Source of the DNA: Lama glama
Lineage: Eukaryota
Reading direction: 5' to 3'
Assembly (NCBI GenBank): GCA_028534125.1
Contig: CM052825.1
Span: forward strand, 8,680,001 to 8,744,000
DNA length: 64,000 nucleotides
The notes under the pieces were generated by a model. The model worked only from the letters and a program-made list of their open reading frames with translations, was not told where the DNA came from and did not search any database. The translations under genes were made by a program, and so were the position numbers. How positions within the stretch are numbered: the first letter of the stretch is position 1; each line of letters starts with the position of its first letter. Positions 11,460-23,589 of this stretch are shown here, piece after piece.

Positions 11460-11938
11460 TGTTAAGTGTCAAGCAATATGTAATATCAAGGCTGCAGAGA
11501 ACAAAGAGCTTTATTTGGGGGTCTTAAAAATTGCAATTCAGGAGACCCAGATTCACGTAAAACAGTGTTCCGAAGAAGAGAGAGTCAGGAGCTTGTAAAG
11601 ACAAAAAGCCACAAGGTGGTGAAAGTTGTCCAGTGAGAACTGTGATCAACTCTGACACAAGTCAGGAAATATTTGTCCCTAAGGAATCAAGAGTTATTTT
11701 AGGGCAGCGCTCTGATAAGTATATAGGCTATCACAAGTGATTTCAGGATAAGGGTCTGATAAGTATCTTGAGTTTCTGGCAGATCTTCTGGATGTCTTTG
11801 TTGGGACAATAAGTTTTTAAAACGTCAGAATCCATCCCGGCTGAGATGTGCATACATCACACTTCCTCAGTGGCCTCCCAGCTCTGTTTTAGAGAGCTCT
11901 CTTAGCAAAACTGACTCCGTTTTGACTTTCCTTCTATA
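11460..11938 (-). mobile_element. ERV1-class solo LTR
   Basis: Starts TG; tttatt (minus-strand AATAAA) near 11511 with aattgcaattc motif; gactccgttttg near the other end; possible TSD taata/taaga. Confidence 0.7.
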
Positions 11939-12569
11939 TAAGAAAAGAAGGGCATTGGAAGCTGTTAAATATATTGAACCCTATAGTTAAACTCAATTAG
12001 AGCCAATTAGTAGAATATACTGTATGCTAAAGCAGACATCACAAATAATGAGAAAAGGCTTACTTAATTTACAGCATTGAAGAGCTGATTAGCACTTTGG
12101 AAGAACATTAGGTACATATTTATTGCCATATAGCTAAAAAGTACCTGAAGGAAGAACTCTACAATGAGTAATAGGGTGTTTCATCACTAACACTGTTTTT
12201 TTAAATGATTGTCCTAGTACAACATTTAACAACATTTAGTGCAACTTTAGTAGATAATAAATTTTTCTGGCATCACCAGTAAGCATTCACCAAATGTGTT
12301 TTAGACAAGAATGAGAGTTTTCTCCCCTTCCCTCTTTAGGAAAGGGTTTAACCTTTTGAAGCATTTTATGTCCCTCCACCCCGCTGAAAAGACAATTAAA
12401 AATTACTTTCGATGCACCTCCTCTCCTTCCCTGGGATTTTCCACGGGGCTCTGGAGGATTCTGTTTGCTTAGGAAATGGCATCAAGTCCAAGGTCACACT
12501 GATTTCTGGTCTGAACGTCATCCTAAGTGTTTCATTCAGCCTGAGGGGCCTCATGCCATTTTTCTCATA

Positions 12570-13030
12570 TGGTTGACTGGTCTCCTCACTCTCAGGGCAT
12601 TTCAAGCAGAAAGGCATTTAATACAGTTATTAAGTGCTTACAAAATTGTCAGACGGGCTGGAGGAATGGATTGAGGGGCTGCCACCGCAACTGCTTTCTC
12701 AGAGGTCAGGCAGCTGTGTCTCCAGGGTCAGGAAGCCGCGGGAGATGGTTATACTTGGGGTCCAGACATGGCACAAACCCCTGTCTGTTGAAGCCTGTGT
12801 GTCAGGGTGTCAAAGCGTCCACTTGCCTCCCTTCTGTCTTCCAAATTTCGTGCATTTGTGTCTCATTGGCTGAACCTCAATTGTATCCAAAACCTTCGCA
12901 GCAGGGGGTCTTGGAAATGCAGATTTTAGCTTTCTCACGTTCTCTCCCTTTGAATTGAGGGCTGGGAGATATAGAAATTTGAAAGGTGTTGCAAGTGGAT
13001 GCTTAGTGTAAATTAAAATACATCAAGCAC
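12570..13030 (-). mobile_element. Old ERVL-class LTR fragment
   Basis: atttcaagcagaaaggcatttaatacag...gtgcttacaaaattgtcagacgggctggagga resembles old ERVL LTR consensus; family uncertain. Confidence 0.45.
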
Positions 13031-13328
13031 ATCCTCAAACACCAGTCTTCTCCTTGTTTCTCCATCATTCTTGGCCTCCATGACAGTCCTGACACGTGGG
13101 AGGCATATGTGTTCAGAGGCTGGATAAACAGTGTCACAGCTACTGCTGCAAATGCTAATTTTATGTATTCTTATCGAGGGTTGCAGTGCAGGGGGACACT
13201 CTGAAGGGACACGGTTATTCCAGACAAGCCACTTAAAATATGTGCCTTGTTCTCCAGGCCATTCCAGCCTAAGGGACTCTCCGTGGATGTGGAGAAATCA
13301 GAGGTCTTTGACCCCAAGCGATCCTCCC

Positions 13329-13704
13329 TACGTTAGTCTACCAGGGCTGCCTTTATAAAATACCATAGGCCGGGCCACTTAGACCACAGGATTTTTATTT
13401 TTGCACAGTTCTGGAGGCTGGAAGTCTGAGATCCAGGTGTGGGCAGTGTCGGTTTCCTTTGAGGCCTCTCTCTTTGGCTTGCAGATGGCCGCCTTCTCCT
13501 CGTGGCTTCGCATGTTCATCCCTCTGTGTCCAAATTTCCTGTTCTTACAAGGACACCAGTCATGTTGGAATAGGTCCACCCTGATAACCTCATTTTATTT
13601 CTTTAAAGAACTTAGCTCCAAATATAGTCACATTCTGAGGCACTGAGGGTTAGGACTTCAACATGTGAGTTTTTTTGGGGGGGGATACAATTCAGCCCAC
13701 GACA
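13329..13704 (-). mobile_element. MLT1A-like MaLR solo LTR
   Basis: cacagttctggaggctggaagtctgagatc...gtcacattctgaggcactgagggttaggacttcaacat...cagcccacgaca. Confidence 0.9.
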
Positions 13705-14338
13705 TTCACCTTGTGGTGCTGCCTGGCCTCTAGTCTGCCCTGGGGACCATAGCTTGTCTATCCCTGCTGTTTCTGGTCCACCACCTGGGCTCCAGGCAGT
13801 GGTCCTGCTGCTTCCATTGCTTCTGTCATTGCAGGCTGCAGCACCACCCTTCTCTGTAGTTCCCTGGTCACTGCCACATATCTTAGGCCACAGAAATTCC
13901 CAGTGACCCTGGACTCCAGACCTGCTATGTAAACTGGGACCAGTGGCTTTCTCTCTTCTTTTGAAAAATGCCTATGAGAATGCCTGTCCCATAGGGTTTC
14001 TGTCTATAAAATGAGAGAACATGGGTAAAGAACCCAGCACAGTGCCTGGCATATAAGTGGCACCTACCAAATATGATTTATCTTTCTATTCTTTCCCTGG
14101 TGGAGATTTCTGAAGTTTTGGGTACTGTCCTTTTCCCTACTTAGGACAAATCTTGTTCTGGCATTTTTGTGTCTAAGGCTTTCAAGGAAGTCTGAGCAAA
14201 ATCCCAAGGGTCCAGGTCCTAGGACATTTGAAGGAGAAATCTCAGGGTGTGTGTGTATCTCTAATGTTTCTTGTCTCCATCTCTATCACGTGTCTCTGTC
14301 ATCTCCACCTTCATCATTTCTGTCTCTATCTTCTCCGC

Positions 14339-14880
14339 TGTATTATTTCTCTACTGCTGCTGTAATAGATCACCCCAAATTTAGTGGCTTAAACAATCCA
14401 AACTTATTATCTTACAGTTCTTTAGGTTGGGAATTTGGAGTGGGTCTCATCAGACTAAAATCAAGGTATTAGCAAGCTGTATTCCATCCTGGAGGCTCTA
14501 GGGAGAGAATCTGTTTCCTTGCTTATCTGGATTGTTGGCAGAATTCATATCCTTGAGGCCTAGCGCTATTCCCAGCTTCTAGAAGCTGCCACATTTCTTG
14601 GCTCATGACCCCCCTCTTCCATCTCCAAAACCAACAATGGCAGATTGAATCCTTCTCACTTAGAGTCTCTCTGACTCAGCTAGGAAAGCTCTCTGCTTTA
14701 GAGGACTCACGTGATTCTGTTGGGCCTACCCTGACAATTCAGGATAATCTCCCATCTCAAGGTCTATACGCTCAGTCACATCTGTGGAGCCCCTTTTGCC
14801 ACGTAAGGAAACAAACTCACAGGTTCTGGGGATTAGGATGTGCGCCTCTTGAGCAGGGAGGCATTATTCTGTCTTCCACA
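14339..14880 (-). mobile_element. MLT1C/D-like MaLR solo LTR
   Basis: TG...CA ends; ccaaatttagtggcttaaacaa, ggaggctctagggagagaatc, cacaggttctggggattagg. Confidence 0.88.
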
Positions 14881-14901
14881 CCCACCTTTATCTTCTTTGT
14901 T

Positions 14902-15338
14902 TATGATGGTTAATTTTTGGTGTCAACTTTGCTGGGCCACAGTGGCCAGATGTTTGGGCAAACATTCTGGATCTTTCTGTGAGGGTGTTTTTGGATGAGA
15001 GTCACATCTAAATTTCTTTTGAAGAAAGCAGATTGCTCTCCCAAATGTGGGTGGGCCTCATCTAGTCAGTTGAAGGCCTGAATAGCACAAAAAGACCTAT
15101 TCTCCCCAGAGAAAGAGGGAATTGTCTCCCCAGAGAAAGAAGGAATTGTGTAGCAGACAGCCTTCAGACTGGAACTGCAGCATCATCTCTTCCCTGGGTC
15201 TCTAGCCTCCTGGCCCACACTACGCATTTTGGAGTTGCCAGCCTCCATACTTGTGAGACACAGTTCTTTGAAATAAATCTCTTTCTGTGTATATACAGCC
15301 TGTTGGTTCTGTTTCCCTGGAGAACCCTGACTAATTCA
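14902..15338 (+). mobile_element. MLT2 (ERVL) solo LTR
   Basis: tgatggttaattt..gtgtcaactt start, cagttgaaggcctgaatag, aataaa, ggttctgtttccctggagaaccctgactaattca end. Confidence 0.9.
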
Positions 15339-18300
15339 TCATCTCTATCATCTCCAACTCCACCTCCAAACATCACTGCACACTTTTATTAGGTGCCAGG
15401 CACTGTTCTAAGCACATTACCTACATTAATCCCTATTCTCTCCCTCTTCCAACCACATCAAATGTTTTGTTTTATGGAATCTGGTGCTCTTGGCTGCCCA
15501 GTGTCATGTCAGCCTCCACACGAGGGCCAAAGCTGGTCACTGCTGCCAGCCTCCAACCCTTGCCCACAATATGCCACCTGACCCCTGTAGGCTGCCTGGG
15601 TGGGGGCTTTTGGGTTGGGCTGCACAGCAAGGGGCCTTAGTGAGGCTCTAAGTTGCTTTGCGTCCTGGGAGGAGGTGGTGGCCCCGGCTTGGGTGAACGT
15701 GCCGTCTGCTGGGCAGTGGCTAAGATCAAGTGCTGAGCTCAGGTTTTATGGCTGCCTGGCCTGGTCTTGGGCTCTGACTCTTGGCTGAACTCTTCCTCAG
15801 GCTGTGCTAAGCATAGGGCTGGGCTCTGGAAGGCTCTGTACCAAACTTCTTTAGCTGTTGGGATGGGCTGGTTGATAGGCCAGGCGGAGCTCTGGGCTTT
15901 GTACAGTCTACGCTAGATGGCTCTGGCCTGGCAGGACCGGGTGAACTGGTCCTGCACGTCCTTGGATGCGTCGGCTTCCTGGTCTGGTCTCAGGGTGGGC
16001 TGGGCAGGGAGTGGGGCTTGGACTTGGCTAGTGCTGGGCTGCACAATTTTGATCTTTTTCCTGGGCAGAGATGACTTCTGGGCTTAGGCTGAGTTCTGGG
16101 CTGGACTGGGAGATATTTTTCCACTGAGCTCCAGAAATCAAGGGGTTTGGTTTCAGATGTAAGCACTGTGCTCCAGGTAAGGTGGAAACATTCTCCCCTG
16201 GCCACAAAATGCCTTGTGAGATTCTTTGGGGACCATCCCAGGTTTTGCCTCCTTCGGGGAAAGATGGAGCTACCCAGATCCTTGACCAGGTGAGGGAGGA
16301 AGTGGCAGGAGTCGGTGGCATTCTGTCTGCCGAAGTGGGGGTGATCAGTTAGGAGCTGGTAAGCTGACTTGTTGAGCTGGCCCTGCTCCTTCTATCTGTG
16401 TGACCTCGGGCCAGTTATTCAACCTCTCTGTGACCCTTCTTGCCCCATCTGTAAGGTGGGAATGAATAGAACCTCCCTCCTAGGATGGACATTTGCTGGG
16501 TAGAAGTTGTGCATGCAGACGTCTGTCTGTCCATCTGTCTGGAGTCTCTGAGTGCTGGGGTCCAGGTTGGTGGGGGCAGATGGACCCATGTTACTCCCAC
16601 AGCTCCTCCCAGGCTGGCCATAGAGCTGATGTGATGAGACAGGAACAGGGCCTTGTCCTTCCTGCCCTGAACGGCTCACCCAGAGTCACTGGTGTCCTCC
16701 CCACAAAGCCCCAGTGCCTGGACTGAGCTCTGCTGGTCAGAGACTGCCCACACCCAGGGTGTAGTGGCCACAGACAATTGATGCTGAAGAAAAGGGAAAA
16801 TGGACATGGGCTTTTATGCAACTCCGGGCCTCTGGCTTCCATCTGGGTAGCACCCTCACCTGTCAGAACAGGGCATGGAATCCCCCAGGCTGGAGTTTGA
16901 ACTAAGGAAGCCCAGCTTGGGGAGGGCAAGAGCCAGACATGAGAGCCCTCCTGGAATGGACCCCAGGCCCCAGCCCACCCTGTTCCCTTTAGGTGGTGCC
17001 AGAGGTGGCCCTGAGCTGGGTTTTTGAATCAAGCTGTATTTGTGTGTTGTCTCTGGGAAAAAGGAAAATTAATAAATAATTTAAAATTATTATTATTATT
17101 TTTTTGGTTTGTCTTCCATATGGCCCATGAGTTAAGGTACAGAATGGAAGCCAAGCAGAAATGACGTGCATAGCTCATTTGCCTGCAAACAGCATCTGTG
17201 TGAACGAGCATCAGTGATGACGGTCTATGCCGTGGACCACTTTCCATGGTGGATTGAAGCCAGTTTAAAAAGTACCCCCAATGCATTCACAACTGTGCCT
17301 ACCCAGAGCCCTTGTAGGTGGTTTTCATTTCTGACATTTTTTGGGGAATCTGTGGGACTTGTTCTTGTTTAAAGGTTGAAGCTGGTGGGAAGATCTAGAA
17401 TGTTCCAGAAGGGCCAAAATTTAGATGACTTTGTTCTTTCAGTGAAGAATAATAGATGTTAAAGCACAGCTCCATGGCTTTTGTTATTATTGTATTCCAC
17501 CATGCCTCCCAGAAATAAATACAGGCATTTGAAAATAAAACTGCTTTGACTTCAGAAACAGTCGCTACCATATGGAAGATGGGTGACGAGAGTGAGGGAG
17601 TGTCAGGCCACATAGGTTTGCTCTCCCTGTGGGAGGTGAGCAGGTCAGGTCAGGAGGGTGAGGCTGATCAGCCCAGCAGGGAGAGAGCGTTTGCGAGCTG
17701 GAGATGGAAGCAGTGTCTCGCAGCGCAATCTCATCTTGTGTGGACGGGGAAAGGGAGGCCCAGGATCACACAGAGAACTGGTAACTGCTGGGACTAAACC
17801 CAGCTTTCCTGATTCCCAGCCCTGTTCTCTCTCCTTTCCCTTCCCTGTGGCCCTGGGGGAACAGTGCTAACAGGGCGGTGGTCGGCTGTGGCTGCTCCTA
17901 AGTGGTGTGGATTTTAGCTGCAGTGAGGTCAGAGGCCTAAGTTGCCCCTTGTCCCTGGTGGAGGAAGGCTAGTGACATGAGACCCCTCCTCTAGACTAGG
18001 GTGCCTCCCCTCACAACGGGCATTATCTCAACTTGTTAACCACTCAGGTGGTTCCTGAATCATTGCTAAGATCAATGTCAAAGGGCTTACCATCTGTTAT
18101 CTTTTAGCCTTAATTTCTTCCTCTGGAAAATGGGCCCAGTAATTCTGAATGGTCTAGATGTGGGGCTGTGAGAATACATTAGTGAGTGGGGGATGCTTTA
18201 CCAACGGGTGGAGGCACTACAGCTCTGAGAGCTGCCGAGATGCTAAATGTTGCTACTCTCCCAGGCAGGAGTAGCATTATTTGAGAAAAAAGGAGCATCA

Positions 18301-18343
18301 GGGGCAAGGACGGGGGGTTGGTTAGAGAAATGAGGCAGAAGTG

Positions 18344-18357
18344 CTGGCAGGGGGCGC
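18344..18357 (+). promoter_or_regulatory. Candidate CTCF motif
   Basis: CTGGCAGGGGGCGC versus consensus CCASYAGRKGGCRS; motif match only. Confidence 0.45.
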
Positions 18358-19759
18358 CCTTCCCCTGGCTGAGGACCCTCGCCTTCGTACCATGGCTGTG
18401 ATCAGTAGATTTTTCTTATGGTGCATCCCTATAGTAAAGAACTTTGAACAGGCTCCTCAAATACATGTGTACTTGTTATTTACAAGTGATACATATTTAC
18501 CCCTCAACATAAAACACCCCCCTGAAAGCAATTAATCAGTGAGATATAAAATAGATATAAATATAATTTGTAGCATTTTCCTCCTTCATATGAAGAGACC
18601 ACCTTGAGCATCCCAGGCGGGATGGGGGAGCCAGCACTGGGAACCTCGTTGAACGTTTCTACGGAGACTAATCACAGGGTCAGACACGTGCTTTTGGATG
18701 GATTGTGCTGTCGGCAGTTGGATGGCAGCTCGGGGGTGGGAGGCCAGCGAGCAGAAGGGTGAGGCTGAGATGGCTGTGAAAGATTTGCATGAGGACCGTG
18801 CAGCAGGGATGCAGAAGGGAGCTGGACGGGAGAGCAGTTCGAGAGATTGATGGGGCGTGGGGCGGCATGAGGGAGATGTTCTTGGGCTGACCTGATTTCT
18901 AGCTCAGCGTACTAAAAACTGAAGTGCAAGGACTTAAAGCCGGGACCCCCGACTCCAGTGGCCTCAGCACCAACAAGTGATGGGGTAAGGACGTGAGGGA
19001 GGGCGGGCCTGTGAGGCATGTCATGTTCAGACACCTTGGAAACTCAGTGCAGCCAAAGAAAACCCATGGAGTTGAGTCTGCAGATTTTTGGGTCTTGGAA
19101 GCAAAGGTGAGTTGGTGTGACTAGCATGGCAGACATGAGGGGTGGCCTGGGGAGGTGGTAAGGTGGCTACTTCATCAGCATTAGCTTCTGAGCCAGCACA
19201 CCCTGCCGGGGTGACCAAGGCACCCCTCTTGAGTTACCCCCGCTCTCCATGTTGGCTCCTGAGGCTACGGGTCCTCTAAGGTCCTCCCTGCCCAGGTCCT
19301 GTCCCCTGCCCCCATCCCTGGATGACATCTTGTCATAGCTGCTGCCACATCTTATCACTAAGGCTACCGGGGCTCACGGAGGCTGAGCCCCCACCCAAGG
19401 TCACCCGGGCCTGGGATGCAACTGCTGGGCCTGGGATGCAACTGGAGCCACACCTGCTTGTGGTCTGGGACTGTCCCCGACACCGCTTTTGGCCCCCACG
19501 CAGTGCAGCGTGCAGGCCCTGCCAGTGAATCGGGGAAGGACAGGAGGAGGCCACCCTCTGCCTGAGAAAGGGGAAGGGACAGTGATGAAAAGAGAAAAGG
19601 GCAAGGTGAGCTAAAGGCCGGGGCTTCTCCTGCAGCCGGACTTTGCCAGCCCCGCCCATCCTTTGCGGAGTCAGACCTGCAAGCCCCGGGAGGCACCAGC
19701 CCTGAGGGTAGAAGCTGGTGGTCCTAGGCCAGATCTTGCTGACATTAAAAAAATGGAAA

Positions 19760-20340
19760 TAATTTCAAACTTATTGTTGCAACAGTAGTAAAAACAATAG
19801 TATAACAACAATAGTATGAAGTATACAACCATAGTATACAGACCAAGAGTTACAACAAGAGTTCCAAAGACCAACTATTAATGTTTCACACATTTTGCTT
19901 TCAATACTTAGACATTTCTTTCCTTAACCAATTGAGAGTTAGCTGTAGACATCCTGCCCTGTGCTCTTAGGTATTTCAGACTTTGTCTACCAAAGTGCCC
20001 CTATCCCATTACACTTGGATACAAGTCTATTATCTGATATGCAGACATATTTAAATGTTGCCAGTTGTTCCAAATATCATCCTTTCTGGCAGTCTTTTCC
20101 CCGCCACTGGATCTAGTATTTAATCCAAGACTGTGCACTGCATTTAGTTGTCCTGTCTCTTTTCTATCATCTGGAACAGTCGCTTGGTATTTGTCTTTCT
20201 TCATCCTGATAATTTTGAGAAGCACAAGCCAGGTGTTTGTAGAATGTCCCTTCATTTGCTTTTGTCTGATGCTTTCCAAGCATGTTATGCGTTTCTGGCA
20301 GGACTAATTCGTAAGTGATGTTGTGTCTTCGGTTCATAGT
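19760..20340 (-). mobile_element. Old LINE-1 3' region (L1MC type)
   Basis: ttgagagttagctgtagacatc, cactgcatttagttgtcctgtctc, ggtgtttgtagaatgtccc...ttgtctgatg. Confidence 0.75.
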
Positions 20341-21129
20341 CTTTGAGAAAAATGGAAACAGTTGCAAATAAAAATCGGAGACATTTTAGGTATTGTCTGA
20401 GTTTCTGGATCCTCTCATGCATGAATAGCTATGTTCTGGGCACCTGGGCCCGCAATCCTACTGGAGTTGGCGGGTGGGTGCCCTGGACGGGGCAGGAGTG
20501 CCAGGGTGCCAGCCAGCTCATTACCTGGCCTGTTCCCCTATCTGGGTTAGCCCACCTAACCAGGTAGGCACTGAGTGTGCAACCCCTGACGGGCCCACCC
20601 TCTTCATCTGTAGTTGCCACAACTGCAGAGGCCTATGGAGGGCCAGTGAGTAGCCCATGAGCTCACTGCTGGTCCAGGGCCCCCTGGGCCTAGAGCCGCC
20701 TCTGTTTTGTTGGTGTGATAACAAGAGGGTGGGTTCAGATTTTACTCACTGAGTTTCATTAACCCAGGAATGGGGCTTTGGCTCTTTTAGAACAACTGCA
20801 CCCTGCTGGTGTGTGGTTCGGGGAGGAGGGAAGTTGTGAATGTTCGCGGGTGCGATGAGGTGTCTTGGCCCCTCTCCAGCCCTCTTCTCTCCCCGTGCTC
20901 TTCTCTTCCACCGGCCTCCTCATTTTCTTGCTGTTTATCTCACGAGGTGAACAGTAGGTGGCAGTGGTCCCCCATTAATAACCAGAGAACCCCAGCCTCT
21001 CAGGGGGCTGACTGCCCGCCACCGCAGAGCGCAGGCTGCCCAGGCGGCAGGGGCCTGGACATCAGCCAGCCTGGTGGTTTTATGCCCTTTCAGCCTTGGA
21101 ATCCTTTCTTCTGATGAGATCTTTTCCCC

Positions 21130-21272
21130 CCTCACTTAAAAAACTGAGATAGAATTCACATACCATGAAATTCACCTAAGTGTACCACTCAGTGGTTTTT
21201 AGGATAATCATAAGGTAGTGAAACCATCACCATTATCACATTCCAGAACATTTTCATTCTGATGAAATCTTA
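21130..21272 (-). mobile_element. LINE-1 3' tail fragment (L1MB type)
   Basis: tgagatagaattcacataccatgaaattcacc...ttccagaacattttcat. Confidence 0.75.
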
Positions 21273-21554
21273 TGTGGAAGGCTTTGACTGGGGCAAAAAG
21301 CATTGTGTAGCCCGCCTTGCACAGGGAGCTGTAAATTCTGGAGCCACCCAGCCCCTGGGAACCAAACAGTATTTTCTCTTCACCCCTCCCTGGGTCTGTG
21401 GTATCTGATGATGGAGGGGAAGGAGTGGAATTTGAGGTAAAGAGCTTTTCCAGCATTTCCTCCCTCTGTCCCCAAAGCAAGCAAGAGGGTAGGAGTGTCT
21501 GTAGAGGATGTTGGGAGCATCTTCTGGTGGGGTGAGGGGTGGGGTGGGATTACT

Positions 21555-21597
21555 CCCCGCCCCCACCCTTGCTAGGCCACTGAGTCAGCACATGCGC
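21555..21597 (+). promoter_or_regulatory. GC box + CACCC box + perfect NF-E2/ARE (CNC-sMAF) motif
   Basis: ccccgccccc 21555-21564, caccc 21564-21568, TGAGTCAGCA 21581-21590; motif match only. Confidence 0.4.
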
Positions 21598-23589
21598 TCT
21601 GGCCTTGTGATCAGACTGGCGTGCGATGGACCAGCGGACTTGTTGGGAGAGCTTGGCATGACTGTGGTCTGTTTGTGGTCTAGAGAATTCTGCAGGTGCC
21701 AGCCTGGCTGGAGACACCCCTCTCCTGTCCACTCTAGTACCCTCCCCTACAACCCCAGCTCTCTGCAGCTTTGGGAGGAGATCTCAGAGTTTCTGTAGCT
21801 CCATGGGGGAGGAGCGCTGAGGACAGAGGAGAAGTCAGACCCAGAGTGAGCATGCCAAAGACCACCACACCCGGAAAGGGGCTGCCCCTCTCTAAGGGCA
21901 CTGGGGGGTGGTCTCCAAGGAGGGAAGGAGGCTGTGTGAAGATTGACACCGTCCCAGGAAAACCATGATGCCGGCAAATGCAGTTAGCGTTCACGCAACA
22001 GTCCATGAGCTGGTTCCACTCTTCCCTCCAGGTTTAGTTGGGGGTCGACTAGTTCTGGCCAGATGACTGTCACTCCTGGGACAAGGTGGTGAAGAGCTGG
22101 GGTGCCTGCCCTGTCCCTCTTCTCTTCTGCTGGAGCAACATCCAGACAGCGCTGCTCCCCATCACAAGAGGTTGGCCCCAGCCATCCAGCCTGTGCTGTG
22201 AGTGGAGCTGCCCCTCGCTGGGTGTAGTCTCTGATGGTGGCGTGGTCTCCTCAGCTGTGGTCGCTTCTCATCCTGCCCAGTACCCCCGCCATCTATGCAG
22301 GGACCCTCACGGCAGACCAAGACCGGGTCAGAGCAGGACCCACCAACCGAGGCTGCCTGTCTGCAAGACAGCCCCTCCTCCTTCCTCTCACTGCCTCTCC
22401 TCCCTGCCCCCAACACAGCAGAGAGGCCAGAGCCCTAGGGGCGCCTGGAAGACCGCCCGCTCTCCCCACTTCAGGACCCTTGGGAGGAAGCCTATTCTGC
22501 ACCTGGGAAGCTGGGAAGACAGGTGTCAACTGCAGTACGTGATTGGACTTTGGACTGGACTGGGTTTCTAATAACCGGGTGTGCCTGGAACACTGTGGGA
22601 TCCTCCTTGAAGGGCAGGAAGGGGAGATTATTCCATTGGGCATGGCCAGGGAGACAAATGAGGCTGCTCCACGTTTGTTCCCCTCCTCCATGTAGCCTTC
22701 CTTGCAGTTCTCAGACAGGCCCCCAGGACACACGGAGATGCTCTGGAGAGAGCAAGGCTGGGGTGGGGTGGTGCATGGAGCCTGCCTGTCTGTGGCCCTC
22801 CTCTCACCTCTCACATTGTGGCCAGAGGCTCCTCTGTGGTGTTCTCGGATTGCATGACGCACCGTTTGAAAACCACTGAAAACACCCAACTCGTTCCCTG
22901 TCTGGGCAGCTCACACTGGGGACAGCGTCGTGGCCCCTGCATTGGATGGTGCCCAGTGACCTCGCAGATCCAGATGCTGAGGACAGATGAAGTCCGCCTC
23001 TCTCTTCACCCATCAGCAGTGCTGTGTCCTCCAGAGCCACAGAGGAAGGTGTCATAGTGGCTGTGACTGAGGTCAATGCCTCTCTCCATTCCTAGAGTGC
23101 CCAGAATCCCACCATTAGTGATTCTGTGACATCCAAGTCACACTGGTGGAGTTACCTGCAGTTAACATCTGGGTGACTAACATTTGCTTTCTGTCTGTTT
23201 CTTGAATCTGCTGCAAAGACTCAGTCCCCCTCCCAGAGGAATTTAGACTTTGGGGAGCTGGTAAGGGAGAGGTAGAGAGACTTAACATGCTTGCGTGCAC
23301 ACACACACACGCACACAGAATATACACAGAGCAGTGAGAAAAGTACTAGGCTGGGGCCCAGGTCCTGCTCCCGGGCCAGGGAGGACCTGGGGAAACATCA
23401 CCCACCCCATATGACCTGCCCCTGGTCCCTGTGGAGCAGGGTGTGGAGGGGTTCCTGGAAGTCGGGTGGCGGGAGAATCCTGACTGTGGTGGAGCACAGA
23501 AAGCCGAGGTCACCCTGAAGGAGCCCAGCTGAGCTTCAGGTCTGGAGGATGAGAAAGAGCCTGAAGAGGAAGCTACTTAATGTTTGAGC

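Noticed and set aside
19780-19860. Repeated AACAATAGTAT (SOX-like) units
   Set aside because: Degenerate local tandem expansion at the end of an old L1 fragment; no other support for function
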